Virus record (IMG/VR): IMGVR_UViG_3300020045_005878 | Location: 1-46,364 of that record | Length of the DNA stretch: 46,364 nt | Strand: one strand, 5' to 3' | Source of the DNA: a virus | Lineage: Duplodnaviria > Caudoviricetes | Shown: positions 10,201 through 21,338 of the stretch, one piece after another | Position numbering within the stretch: the first letter of the stretch is position 1 | Layout of the letters: the number at the start of each line of letters is the position of its first letter | The notes under the pieces: generated by a model | Seen by the model: only the letters and a program-made list of their open reading frames with translations | Told to the model about the DNA's origin: nothing | Databases searched by the model: none | Program-made: the position numbers and the translations under genes

Positions 10201-10932
10201 TTAAAACGGAATGCCATCTTCAATACCAAACGGCTCATCGTCTACTTCTTTCTTAGTTTCTTTAACGAACTCTTTTCCTTCTTGGAACATATACTTCGTA
10301 TCCATTCCTTCTCCACTTACCTTCATCTTCACAAACTTTCCTTCTAGCACATTTTTCAAAGTATCTTCCCAGTCATACGCTTCCACCATAGCCTCATTTC
10401 CTGCCTTGTCTTTGCCTTCTACAAGTGGTATTAGTTCTCCTTTATCCTCGTCCATCACGCCCCTCAACATAGACTTAATTTTTCAAGCCTTCACTCAAGT
10501 TACATTTACCACATCTCCACTCTCAGTTACATCTACGTTATTCTTCTTATCATAGTAGCGAGTAACGTTAAGTTCTTTTTCAAACTCAATCTCTATATCA
10601 AATACCTTTCCCCAAGTCTTCCAGAAGTCCTTATCCAACTTATCTTTAACCTTCATATAGGTAGGAGTATTTCCGTCCCAGATAACCTCTCGAAGCTCTC
10701 TGCCGTTAGCAACCTCATACTCTTTTGTAAACTCTTTGATTCGGTCTGAGCCTCCTCGTAGAACTTGGTCTTCTGCCTTTCCGAACCACTTGAATGTGCG
10801 GAATAGATATTTGTCATTACCTAGGTCAATACATCCCGTTCTGTAATCGTTGTATACCTTGTTAATCTTGAACGTCTTGTTGTGAAATTGTCTTAGAAAT
10901 TTCTCAGATGTCTTAACTACTCCTATTGTCAT
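10201..10932 (-). CDS. Putative single-stranded DNA-binding protein (243 aa)
   Basis: Joins track ORFs 10495-10932 and 10201-10470; acidic C-terminal tail EDGIPF; recombination gene context. Confidence 0.6.
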
Positions 10933-10961
10933 AAATTATAATAATTATTTAATAAATATAT

Positions 10962-11216
10962 CTAATTCAAGAACATAAATTTTGAATATCACACGAGTAT
11001 TCAATCGTTATCCTCTACTACTCCAAAGTCTCAATTTCTTTTCTTTCTTAGGAACGTTTCCATTGACACATAAACCTTATCGTCTATCATATAAGCTATG
11101 TCTTTGTCTTCTGTGGTGAAGATTGCGGGTGATACTCAACCAAGTTCTGTTAGTTGTCGTTTCTTTTGGAAGAAAGAGTCTCTGCTCAATCAATCTAATG
11201 TGGCTGTCGTTGTCAT
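10962..11216 (-). CDS. Hypothetical protein (84 aa)
   Basis: Code-25 ORF directly downstream of promoter 11250-11276. Confidence 0.65.
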
Positions 11217-11249
11217 ATGAATTGTGTTATTAATTACTCTATATATTCT

Positions 11250-11276
11250 ATTATACACATAAAGATTAAATGTCAA
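11250..11276 (-). promoter_or_regulatory. Promoter TTGACA-N15-TATAAT
   Basis: Perfect hexamers at 11276-11271 and 11255-11250. Confidence 0.75.
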
Positions 11277-12030
11277 AAGATAATTTAATTTCCTCTATAA
11301 TAGATTCTTTAATTATCTTTCTCCCTTCCTCTATCATATCATACTTCACATCGAATATAGGTTCAACTAGATATTCATCTCGTATTTTCTTTGCGTATTC
11401 GATATTTAAATTTGCTATCTCGTCTATTCATAAGCTAGGAATATCACCAACCTTTAATCAAATAAGTTGTATTCTCTCATCTCAATTATGGAGGAAATTT
11501 CAAATATCTCATTTAACGAATCTATCCATAAGGATTCTTAGCCTTACGATATGATGAAGTTGCTTTGGGTCATATCAGAACTTTTCTATCTTATGGACTA
11601 TAGAAGGATACGGATGGCGCAAAGCCTCGTACTTCTCCAACATCATTCAATAGCAAGCCTTTAAATACAATTTCCCCATAGTCTCTTGTAGTGGAATGAA
11701 GAACTTTCTTAGTTTATCTGAGCCTATAAAATATGGAGTATTAAGAATCTCTATGAAGTTTATATTGCACTTAACCGCACTATCAATATATGCGCGAATA
11801 TCCTTAACATCTATTAACCCTCAACCAAACTCATAAGTAGAAGAAAATGGTTTTGAGTTCTCAATTATATCGTCTAACTTAGGAAGTATAATTGCCTTAT
11901 AATCAACATCCGATTCCGCCGTATCAAGATTATAGTTTTGGCTACCATATACTGCAACATAGAATATGTTATGTCATTTGTCTTCCAAAAACTTCTTAAC
12001 TCATTCAAGATTAAATTTATCTTCTTCCAT
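11266..12030 (-). CDS. Pol-beta superfamily nucleotidyltransferase (RlaP/YcgL-like, 254 aa)
   Basis: YVAVYGSQNYNLDTAESDVDYKAIILP signature; C-terminal GYDPKQLHHIVRL. Confidence 0.85.
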
Positions 12031-12048
12031 ATTAAAATAAATTATAAA

Positions 12049-12918
12049 TTAAAAATCTCAATAAGCAACTTGAAAGCAAGTAAGTCCCATCTCACGCCAA
12101 GCCTTAACAACTCGGTCTCTATCGTCAAATACCCCTCTCACATTACACTTAGGAAGAATATACTTCTCGGCGATTTCCCGTTTAACTATTGAGTCACAAC
12201 GCGAGTCGTCCGATTTCCTCATAAATAATTGGAAGTATTGAGTTACGTTATCCGATATCCATTCAATAGTCTCATCTCGACAATCGTCTTTTCTTCAACT
12301 AACAATAATAATCTCACGTCAAGTATTCTCAATAATTTTAAGCAAATCCCTCACATCCTTATCAACAATATCTGTTCATACCTTTGAATAATCGTAAGGA
12401 CTCCGTCCGCTCATATGAGCTAATGTTCAATCAATATCGAATATATAAGCTTCTGGAAGACTCTTGTCTTGTACTAGCTTGGGAGAGTTAATATTTTTAT
12501 TTACGCAATATTTATTGTATGTGTCAAGTATTACTTTAGCTCCAACTCGCGCGCTTCATTCTCGTTTTGAATCCCTCTCAATACATTCCCATAGTGGAGT
12601 ATCAAACTCTTTTACTTCCACTTCATATCAATATTGAGATGCTAGATTCTTATAAAAGGCGATGTGTGGATTATCTGTCCCTAGGTGGGTGTTGTCTACG
12701 ATGATATATGGGTACATCTCCATCATAAGACTCTCAACATTTCATCGTTCATATGCAACTACTTCTTTCTCATTGCTCTTTGAGTATACTCCTTTATGAA
12801 GTTCTTGACGAATTGTATCTTTATTTAATACTATAGACATACTATCTTTAGCCTCATTATTCGCCCACGAGCTTTTACCAGATGCTTGCAAACCTTTTAA
12901 TAGAACTAATTTTTTCAT
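12049..12918 (-). CDS. pseT: Polynucleotide 5'-kinase/3'-phosphatase (T4 PseT-like, 289 aa)
   Basis: P-loop GLQASGKS, HAD motif FDIDGTLA, VSGR, FDDRDRVV..WR..GL.CFQVAYGDF. Confidence 0.92.
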
Positions 12919-12930
12919 AAGTTTTTTGTA

Positions 12931-13158
12931 TTATTTAATATATATTCTTGGATATTTAATACTCTTTACATATCATTTATCCTTACATTTCTTCTCAATA
13001 CGGCGAAGGCAAGCAGTTAAAGCTAATCATTGTTCTACTACAACTTCTCAATCTATTTCTTTTTGAACCGAGAAATATATTTTATTTGTACTACTATCAT
13101 AATTACTTGATACAATTATAGGACAAAGAGTCTCGATAAGGTCTCGTCATTGGTTCAT
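12931..13158 (-). CDS. Hypothetical protein (75 aa)
   Basis: Code-25 ORF between the ligase and PNKP genes. Confidence 0.65.
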
Positions 13159-13164
13159 AAGTTT

Positions 13165-14052
13165 TTAGTTAAATGCTACTGATTCTGGATTTCAATCAAT
13201 TATATCTAATGCGATTCTTGCAATCTTTTGAGTAGATAGTTTAGATAGTCTATTGAAGTTTATAATCCCCATCTTAGAAATAGAACCAACTTCTTCTTGA
13301 AGAAAATCGTAATACGTCATTCATATAATCTTAGATATATCCTTACGTTCAATATCTTTATCCTCGTTCTGCTCTATCTTATTCATAACCTTGCGGATAC
13401 GCTCGATATTCACATACTTACTAACCAACTTCATCTCAGCATCATCACTTGCTGCATTACCGAATACGATTGCATTATCTTCCTTGAACTCATCTCAAAC
13501 TATTTTCCCATAGCATTCATTACCAAACTTATTTACGAATTTCTCGTTCTTTACTACTACTCATTCTCCAATAGGTCATAGAGTAGATTTACCAACAAAC
13601 TCCATAAGATTATCTATTGTTGGATTTGTAATAACGGCGAACGTATGAGGAGTGCGAATTTTATAGTCTTTTGCAACACTTCTAACATATTCTTGACTCA
13701 TTCTATTTCATTCCTCGTTCTCTATATCAAAAATATAGAAATGGGAATAATTTTCAGCGTTGTATGATGTAATCGTATGTGGGACAAGCCACTCTCCATA
13801 TAGTCTATGAAGTGGATATAGTCTTAGATATTCGCAAATTCCCTTATGCCCCTTACAGTATTCTACCGCACCTCGGAAACTTCCGAGAGTTACATCTTGT
13901 GTGCGACTTCAAACGTGGATTTCACTATCCTCCATCCAAATACTCAAATTCGCACCATCTACTTTCTCTTGAATAGTACAAACTCATTGTAGTAATCCTT
14001 CTGTCTCATCCTTTCCCATACGATAGATTTTACCGTATCACTTGAAGCCCAT
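13165..14052 (-). CDS. RNA ligase (Rnl2-like ATP-dependent nucleotidyltransferase, 295 aa)
   Basis: Motif I QEKVDGAN, GSR, LYGEW, FYIFDI, GEGVVVKN motifs. Confidence 0.88.
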
Positions 14053-14056
14053 AAGT

Positions 14057-14215
14057 TTAAATAAATAACGGAATAAAAATAATACTCAACAAAAGAATAA
14101 TAGATACAACGGCGAGAGTAATCGTGTTAATTGATGTACTACGATTACTTTTAACTATTTGTCAAGCTCTCAACTTCCGCTCATCTACTTTCCAAATATC
14201 TTTTTTAATTGTCAT
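14057..14215 (-). CDS. Small membrane protein (52 aa)
   Basis: Code-25 ORF with hydrophobic C-terminal helix. Confidence 0.55.
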
Positions 14216-14226
14216 AAATTAAGTGA

Positions 14227-14361
14227 TTAAATATTATCTAAAATTGTATTTGCAATACTATCCACCATTTCTTTATAATCATAAGCTCAATCTAGATTAC
14301 AATAGTTGTCTACTATTCCTAGTATTTCACTTGTTAGTGATTCTGCTTGTTCTTTTGTCAT
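14227..14361 (-). CDS. Hypothetical protein (44 aa)
   Basis: Code-25 ORF in tight operon packing. Confidence 0.55.
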
Positions 14362-14365
14362 AAAA

Positions 14366-14560
14366 CTAATGAGTTAAGAAGTAACCAATAAGATAACCAA
14401 ATGTAAAAAAGAATGTTACTTGTATTGTTCTTACTAAATAACCTGCATATTTAAGTTCTTTATAAACCTCTGCCCATTCATTATAATTACTTTTATTTAT
14501 TTCTCAACTGTCCACTTTCTTTAAAATCTCATCAACTGTGAGATTCTTTTTTATAGTCAT
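14366..14560 (-). CDS. Small membrane protein (64 aa)
   Basis: Code-25 ORF with C-terminal hydrophobic segment. Confidence 0.55.
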
Positions 14561-14596
14561 ATATTCTATTATTAATAATTAGAAATTCTTTTTATA

Positions 14597-15904
14597 CTAA
14601 AAGTTCCAAAGGCTTAATTCTTGTTCTGTGGCGGGAGTAAATAATCAACCCCTATTAAAGTCTATCTTAAATACTTGCTCTACTCTTGCGGTTCATATTC
14701 TATTCTTACTAATCAGCATAGTAACAACGGCGATATTCTTTATCTTATCGTCCATAAATAATCCGCTCTTCTTCCTCCATTCATAGAAAGGAGAGTAATA
14801 GAATAGATGAATGCCGACGTCTGTGTTGTTGCGCAAGAAGCTACTTCAATAGAACCCACCATACATCCTAATGCTTTCCTCATCCGCGCCTTTCTCTAGA
14901 TTAGATAGGTCAATAAGGCTAATTTTTGTCTTCTTAACAAAGTTCTGGATGCGGCGAGCGTATTGTGTATACATATCTTGCTCGGTAACTTTATGGATGT
15001 TGATTAGACCAATATAATCTATAAATACAACCTCTGGCTTTATCTCTAGTATTCTGGCGAATATCTTACTTAGCTCATACTCCTCATCAATAAGATAAAA
15101 ATCCTTCTTGTGCTTATCTAACCAACCAAAGTCTACACTATGAGACCCATCTTCTACCGAATGAGAGTTGACTCTCTCCTTATTAGCCATTATGTTTGTT
15201 ATAGTAAAGCTCTTCTCATTCTCTAGTGTGAAGAATGCTACCTTTACTCCTTGGTCTAGAAGATTCGTTATCATATTATAAGCTAATTGAGACTTACCTA
15301 AGTTACTAACTGCGCCAATTCGATACGTTCGTCATTTCTGGATTCATTTAGTGTAATGGTCTAGGAACTCAAGATTATCTCAGAAGCTATGACCAAATAA
15401 CTTCTTACCTTGACGACTCTCAATATATCCCATTGTATCTTCAATAATAGAATCTAGACTATACTCAGATGAGTCTAGGTTATTCATACTCAATAATCTA
15501 TCTGCATAATTTATAATCTCACCACTATCAATCTCTCAATCCTTTACGCTCTTCATTAAATTATCTGCTATCTTTGCTACTTCTGAGCGGCGACTTGCCT
15601 TCTTCATCTTATTAGCATAATAGCCAATATTTTGAGGAGAATAACCACCTTCAACAATATCTATAATAGCGGAATTTCCTCATACAATTTCCAATTTACC
15701 CATATCATCTAATTTATCCCTAACAGTGACAATGTCAATAGGAGAGTCAGAAGCTACGAGTAATGAGATTGCATTAAATATATTTTTATTTGATTCTAGA
15801 AAGAAGTTTTCTTCTGTAATTCAATGGAGCTCGGTTGTTTCTCAATGGAGGAGACTTCCTAAGTAAGCCTTTTCCATATCTTCTTTTATAATTTCTGCAC
15901 TCAT
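14597..15904 (-). CDS. dnaB: Replicative DnaB-like helicase (435 aa)
   Basis: N-terminal DnaB domain (PIDIVTV), Walker A GAVSNLGKS, FFTLE, VVFIDYIGLI, ISKNR; includes track ORF 14846-15274. Confidence 0.92.
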
Positions 15905-15913
15905 AAGTTTTAA

Positions 15914-16018
15914 TTATTGGTTCTCCATATAAGTATCTTCGTCTATTTCTTTAAGTGTCCAGCGAGATGGTTCATATTCTTCGTCCCACTCATCTTCATT
16001 CCAAAGACCGCATTCCAT
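15914..16018 (-). CDS. Small acidic hypothetical protein (34 aa)
   Basis: Short ORF MECGLWNEDEWDEE... Confidence 0.4.
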   Translation of the reverse strand: MECGLWNEDEWDEEYEPSRWTLKEIDEDTYMENQ

Positions 16019-16032
16019 AGTTATGAAGCTTA

Positions 16033-16146
16033 TTAAGAAATAATAGAAATGATTACATTTTCAACATCATCTTGATAGTCGTGAAACTCTATTCCGAACT
16101 CTTCCATTTTCTTAAAGAAGTATTCAACTTTTTCTGGCTTATTCAT
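16033..16146 (-). CDS. Small hypothetical protein (37 aa)
   Basis: First ORF after promoter 16177-16203. Confidence 0.45.
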   Translation of the reverse strand: MNKPEKVEYFFKKMEEFGIEFHDYQDDVENVIISIIS

Positions 16147-16176
16147 AATAAGAATGTTAAAGAACTAATAAACTCA

Positions 16177-16203
16177 ATTATATAAAATAATAGTAAATGT
16201 CAA
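16177..16203 (-). promoter_or_regulatory. Promoter TTGACA-N15-TATAAT
   Basis: Perfect hexamers at 16203-16198 and 16182-16177. Confidence 0.75.
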
Positions 16204-16233
16204 AACTTTTTTTAATTTTCATCAAAAGATAAT

Positions 16234-17058
16234 TTATAATTGTTTAAAGAACTCTAATGCGGCGAGTTTTCGCTCTTCGTCCTCTTTCGCATTTGTTCGC
16301 TTAAAGAGACCCTTTGTTTTCATTTGATTAGAAAGTATAGGGAACTTGTAATAAAAGCTCATAGCGGACGTAATTTTGCCTACCCAGAACGCATCCTCAT
16401 TCGCATATTCCATAATATTACTAACCAGTAGCACTCAATCTCACCCGCTCTCTTCAACTAGCTTCTTCCATTCGTTATTTCTCAATAGGTTACTAGCCCA
16501 CATTCTTTCCTTTATACTTGAATAAGAGTAATCGGACTTATATAGAGATTCTTTAATAGTAGATAGAACAACATCGACCGATTTACTAGAAATCTTTGGT
16601 CTCTTTTTTATTGTTTCTATTTTTACTACTAATGTATTTTCTTTTTCTTCTATTGTATTTATCTTTTCTTCTATTGTATTTGTTTCCCGTTTACCAGTTG
16701 CTGGTTCAACCCACTCTCTGGGTAATGGGGGTTCTGGATAGGATTGCTCTACAAAGCCAATGTCAAATTTAACTCGAATGAAGTGCGAGAGGATAGTTCA
16801 ATATTCCGCGCGTCTTATGATTGGCTCTATAAACCCAGTATCAATAAGAACTTTCTTAGCGTTTGCGAATCTATCTTTACCCCAACCCATAGCCTTTATC
16901 ATAAAACTATCCGTTGAATATGTATTCGCCGTTGTTTGTATACGACTTTGAATAAGATAACGGAAGTATAGCAACATACAATCTCCGCCGTTCTTGTAAG
17001 ATATAAACTTATAGATAGTAAAGGATGTTGTTGACAAAATCTCATTAACATCTACCAT
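16234..17058 (-). CDS. Replication initiator (lambda O-like organisation, 274 aa)
   Basis: Joins track ORFs 16798-17058 and 16234-16434; N-terminal winged-HTH-like segment (MGWGKDRFANAKKVLIDTGFI), central iteron repeats, upstream of dnaB. Confidence 0.75.
16621..16681 (-). repeat. Iteron-like direct repeats, candidate replication origin
   Basis: TTTTCTTCTATTGTATTT at 16643-16660 and 16664-16681 plus a degenerate copy at 16621-16639. Confidence 0.6.
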
Positions 17059-17061
17059 ATA

Positions 17062-17247
17062 TTACTTTTTAGTTATACAAATAGAACTACATCCATCACA
17101 CTTCGCATATCCAAATGCTTCGAGGCTTTCTTTAACTTTGGAGCATACTCAAGACCGTACTTCTTCTACAGGTAATGAATATGGTTTCTTGTGGTGCTTA
17201 ATAATTTCTGTTCCTTCGTGGTGTTCTTTTAGGGTAATGTGTGACAT
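17062..17247 (-). CDS. Hypothetical Cys-containing protein (61 aa)
   Basis: Code-25 ORF with C...CDGCSSIC. Confidence 0.55.
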
Positions 17248-17258
17248 AATAGGGTTAA

Positions 17259-17396
17259 TTAGAAAAGTAGATTAAGTTTTTTACAAATATATTCTGGTAG
17301 TCGTATCTGAATAGTATTATCCCAAGGTGCTTTTGTTCCGATTGATAGATAATGCTTACCATCATATTCAATCCAGTGTAGAAGTTTAGTGTTCAT
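17259..17396 (-). CDS. Hypothetical protein (45 aa)
   Basis: Start moved to 17396 because the upstream gene occupies 17401-17450. Confidence 0.55.
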   Translation of the reverse strand: MNTKLLHWIEYDGKHYLSIGTKAPWDNTIQIRLPEYICKKLNLLF

Positions 17397-17400
17397 ATTT

Positions 17401-17802
17401 TTAAATAAGATTACGGATATAAGATTTACATTCTTCACTTTGTTCTTCATATGTTGGTTTTGATAATTCCCAATATTTTCTTATGTTTGTTTCTTCATAG
17501 TCTATTGCATTGGAATATCATTCCTCTGATGAGTCATATAAATGTCTTATATAAAATAATACATCACTTAATATTATTTTATGACCTATTGCATCAATAT
17601 CCCATCAATGAATTTCATAGTCAGCTTCTGATATTTTAATTATAGAATTGTCTGATACTCTCAAATGTTTATCTGTTTCCAAAAACATATATATCTCTTT
17701 ATAGTCATCAGAATTTGGATGGAAAAGAAGTCAAAATGATTTGTCTTTTCTTGCTATTTTCTGATATACGAGCGTATCTTCCGATACTTCTAGTGGGTTC
17801 AT
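17401..17802 (-). CDS. Hypothetical protein, SFG/IGH/SK paralog 1 (133 aa)
   Basis: KDKSFG...AIGHKIIL...WELSKPTYEEQ. Confidence 0.7.
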
Positions 17803-17804
17803 AA

Positions 17805-18242
17805 TTACTTTTGATTAACGCTTCCAGATAAAGATTTCATAAGATTGTATAGTGGTTCTAGGTCTTGGTCTCGGAGTGGTTTTGATAGGTCAAGTTTTGC
17901 TTCCACATCAGTAGCACTACGGGTACCAATAACTCAATCTGCTCATATAAAATACATTTGTTTTTCTTTATCAAACCACCTCATCACTTCCCGTAGGTCA
18001 TAAGGGTGACCGAGGATAACTTCCTTCGGAACTTCTACTCAACTTCAAAGAGAAACATCATATCTGCTTCAATCTATATCAATAGAATAGTATGAGTCTA
18101 TTCACCAAGGACAATTTATTCAAATAAACTTTCATACTCATCTGTAGTTCTTCACCTCACATCAAAAACTCACTTCCTTATTTATCAACCCGGCAGGTTC
18201 AAGGAATTCGTCACGAATGCGGGTGTAAAATGTATTTTCCAT
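17805..18242 (-). CDS. Hypothetical protein, SFG/IGH/SK paralog 2 (145 aa)
   Basis: KEVSFGC...ILGHPYDL...DLSKPLRDQ. Confidence 0.7.
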
Positions 18243-18246
18243 AGGA

Positions 18247-18423
18247 TTATTTATTATTAGAAATAAGCTCAATTATTTGCTTCAAAACTCCATCTTCTAC
18301 TAATGAATCAATGCTAAATGCGACTCACACTGAATCTTGGAGATATACTGTTCATTGTGGCATTTCAAGTATATCTCATTTTTTTAAATCTCTAAAATCT
18401 CTTATACATTCGTACTGTTTCAT
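18247..18423 (-). CDS. Hypothetical protein (58 aa)
   Basis: Code-25 ORF MKQYECIRDFRDLKKGDIL. Confidence 0.6.
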
Positions 18424-18794
18424 TGTTCTCTTATTAAAGAAATAATTTGCTTCAATGTAGATTCTTCTTGGTCGAGTAGTTCTTTCGAGGAATCATATGG
18501 GATTCATTCATCATACATAGATAATGGATAAAATTGTATTTTATCTTCCCATTGACCCCATACAATTCATTTCTCATTCAAAAATCTATGAAAATTTATG
18601 AGAGTTGGAGGATGACCGATAATAATATCTGGTTTTTGGATATTATGTACTTGTAAATCATCAGCCAATATTTTATATCATCATTCAATTTTATGTATTA
18701 TAGTGGCATATCTGCACCATTTCTCTATCTTGCATCAAAACGATAATTCCTTCTTACCCAATAGCTTCGTTAATTCGAGTTGTAAATTTTCCAT
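18402..18794 (-). CDS. Hypothetical protein, SFG/IGH/SK paralog 3 (130 aa)
   Basis: KELSFGC...IIGHPPTL...YDSSKELLDQ. Confidence 0.7.
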
Positions 18795-18827
18795 AGTCTT
18801 ATTAGAAAAAGGATAAAAGTAGATTTC

Positions 18828-18932
18828 TTAATCTTCTTGTGGCAATGGTTCTGATTCTCTTTGATATGCATCGAATCCTGATTGAGCGTCAAGACTGTCT
18901 TCCGCATCTCGTATGTATGAAAGTGTACACAT
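18828..18932 (-). CDS. Small hypothetical protein (34 aa)
   Basis: Short ORF in operon gap. Confidence 0.35.
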   Translation of the reverse strand: MCTLSYIRDAEDSLDAQSGFDAYQRESEPLPQED

Positions 18933-18936
18933 AGTC

Positions 18937-19284
18937 CTATTTGTTAGTAGATAATGGTGGTTCTTGGAGGGGTTGCCAATATTGGAACATTGATACTGTT
19001 CTATCTTTGGAAATCCATTGACTGTGTATTTTGTCCCATCGAACTATTTGTTGGACATTTCCTTGTAAATTCCATATTGCAAGAAATTCTTTGGAATTTT
19101 GAGGAGGATATTTTTCATTTACACTTATCCATCCTGTTTGTTCTTGTGGTAGAGATTCTAGGCGAGTGATGAGGTCTTCTAGTGCTTCGATATATCCAAT
19201 ATCATATTTGGAGTTTATATCAATAGTATCTACTGCGTGGTCTCGCATCTTCTTTGCTTCTTCTATAGCTTGTTTGTTACTCAT
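18937..19284 (-). CDS. DUF551-domain protein (115 aa)
   Basis: GWISVNEKYP...YWQPLQEPP signature. Confidence 0.8.
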   Translation of the reverse strand: MSNKQAIEEAKKMRDHAVDTIDINSKYDIGYIEALEDLITRLESLPQEQTGWISVNEKYPPQNSKEFLAIWNLQGNVQQIVRWDKIHSQWISKDRTVSMFQYWQPLQEPPLSTNK

Positions 19285-19579
19285 TGGTAGTAAGGTTATC
19301 GCAAATAGTATTTCCTTCTTGGCTCTTCTTTTGGAAGCGTTCTATTACCATTCGTATAATTCAGGCTGCATCATAAAATTTACTTGGGTAATATCAGTGT
19401 AGCATATCCTCCAATACCTCCACTACCATAGCCTCTGCATTTGCTTTGGCTTGTGAGAGTTGTTGGATTTCGAAAGTTCGGACTTGTGGGAGAATTTCAT
19501 CATAGAAAGAAGATTTTTCTCAAAAGTAATTGCTTTCTTCCAACATCTTTGTAATAGGAAGATTTTGTTCTGTTTTCAT
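19277..19579 (-). CDS. Hypothetical protein (100 aa)
   Basis: Code-25 ORF overlapping the DUF551 start. Confidence 0.65.
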
Positions 19580-19590
19580 ATAATGGATTT

Positions 19591-19785
19591 TTAAATATTA
19601 TTTTTTTCTTCTTCTTTTTCTTCTTCAATAGGAATAATAATTGCAAAAATTATAATATGGAAAAGAATTAAAGCCAATAGTCACCACACCTCTCAATTAG
19701 ATATCCAATAGAAGAATTTAACGATTCAAAATAAGTATGAAACTAAAAGTGTTAAAGATATTCATCCTCATATTCTATCTCTCAT
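19591..19785 (-). CDS. Small two-helix membrane protein (64 aa)
   Basis: Two hydrophobic segments and a charged C-tail; directly downstream of the glucosaminidase-like gene. Confidence 0.55.
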
Positions 19786-19789
19786 ATAT

Positions 19790-20305
19790 TTAATAAGTTA
19801 AGAAATTATAAGCATAAGTTGCGTGGCGCAATCAGTTTGGACAACCCTTTGAGCTTCCAGAACTTTCCTCGCTAGTACAATATCAAGTCTTACTTGTTTT
19901 TCATTTTGGTGGATAATAATGAGATGGAAGTGGACTATTGTACCAATAAATATTATAACTCTTAATCCATCGGTCGAAATTAGCATATACACTTGCATAT
20001 TTCTTTCCTTCATTAATTCCCCATACATTATTTCCTTTTGCATTCTGCCCCATTTGACTCTCAGATTTAGCAATCATACAAGCGGTAACTACACAACGAC
20101 TAGGATTAATAGCCGTTTCTTTGCAACGATTAATAACATAAGAAGCAAGGTTCTTTTCCATACCTAGTTTCTGAACTTTGTTGTATAATTCATAAGTCGA
20201 TTTAGTCCAATTCGTATCTGCAAATACTTTCATATTCGCACATTCTGCCCAAACTCCTACCAGTACCGCAATAGTTACCAATACGTTCACCATAAATTTA
20301 CCCAT
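19790..20305 (-). CDS. Lysozyme-fold glucosaminidase-like cell-wall hydrolase with N-terminal signal/TM segment (171 aa)
   Basis: MIAKSESQMG...NNVWGI motif and downstream YC; track ORF 19901-20305 extended through TGA. Confidence 0.65.
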
Positions 20306-20328
20306 ATATAGATATTAATATTAAAGTA

Positions 20329-20345
20329 GGCGGAATCTCACCGCC
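20329..20345 (-). terminator. Small GC hairpin, possible terminator or processing site
   Basis: GGCGG/CCGCC stem in an AT-rich intergenic gap. Confidence 0.4.
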
Positions 20346-20353
20346 ATATATTA

Positions 20354-21130
20354 TTATTTCAAAAGAAGAACCTTAGTCTCTTCTTCCTTAATTTTCTCTA
20401 CGGTTAATTGTAGAGTTTCAAGATTCTTTCTAATTCATTCAAGATAAATAATAGGTTGTGTTCTAGTAGAAGAAGCAATAAGCGCAGTTGAATTTGTCGA
20501 TTGTGTAAGTTTATCTGAGATTCGAGAGATTGTACCGCTTATCGCACCTATAACTTTAATAGAACTATCTACGGCGCGTTGACCAGAAACCTCCAACATA
20601 GCAGAACTCAATAAAGTTTGGAATATAGGACGATTAGTCGCCATAGTCTTGATAAGCTTTCGAGTAGAAGATAGTCGTAAATCAATACGCGATTTTGTCA
20701 ATATAAGATTCTCCTTCATTACCTGAATAGTCCTATAGTCAATCTCGTCATCTTCGCCATCTATCTTGTCTACGTTAGACTCTAGATAAGTATCTATCTT
20801 TGCAATCTCAGATTCTAGTCCTTCGTTATAACTACTAAACATAGCCTCACTACTTACTAGCCCGTCATAAGTCCCATCATATCGTGAGAATATTGCACCA
20901 ATCTTTCCTTCAAAGCTTTTATATTCAAAACCTTCATCCTTTCCTACTATCTTTTTAATAAAAGACAATATGGCAGAATCTTTATTACCTCCTATCCCGC
21001 TATATATATCCTCAAAGTCTTTGTTAATGCCCATCACATCCTCCTCAACAAATTGAGAGGAGTCGTTATGGATAATGTCGCCCGTCTCATTAATAAGATT
21101 ATTAAGAGAATCTAGATTTAATTTTTCCAT
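20354..21130 (-). CDS. TelA-like (toxic anion resistance family) coiled-coil protein (258 aa)
   Basis: Helical pattern YKSFEGKIGAIF...KLIKTMATNRPIFQTLL...QPIIYLEGL resembling TelA; extended through TGA. Confidence 0.55.
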
Positions 21131-21336
21131 ATGTTAGAGATTTTAGAGAATAGATTTTCTTTTGGAGCTCGTGTTATTAGTCAGTTCTTAACTAGGAAGT
21201 TCTCGGCATCGTCCTTAAAGTAGTATCCAATTCCTCCAATAATAACCGTTGGAACTACACCTAGAACAATAGAAGATAGGATAGTTCCTCCTACTACTAC
21301 CTTCTCGGTTGTTGACAAATTTAGTTTTGCTTTCAT
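21118..21336 (-). CDS. Small membrane protein (72 aa)
   Basis: Gly-rich hydrophobic hairpin; overlaps the TelA-like start. Confidence 0.6.
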
Positions 21337-21338
21337 AA

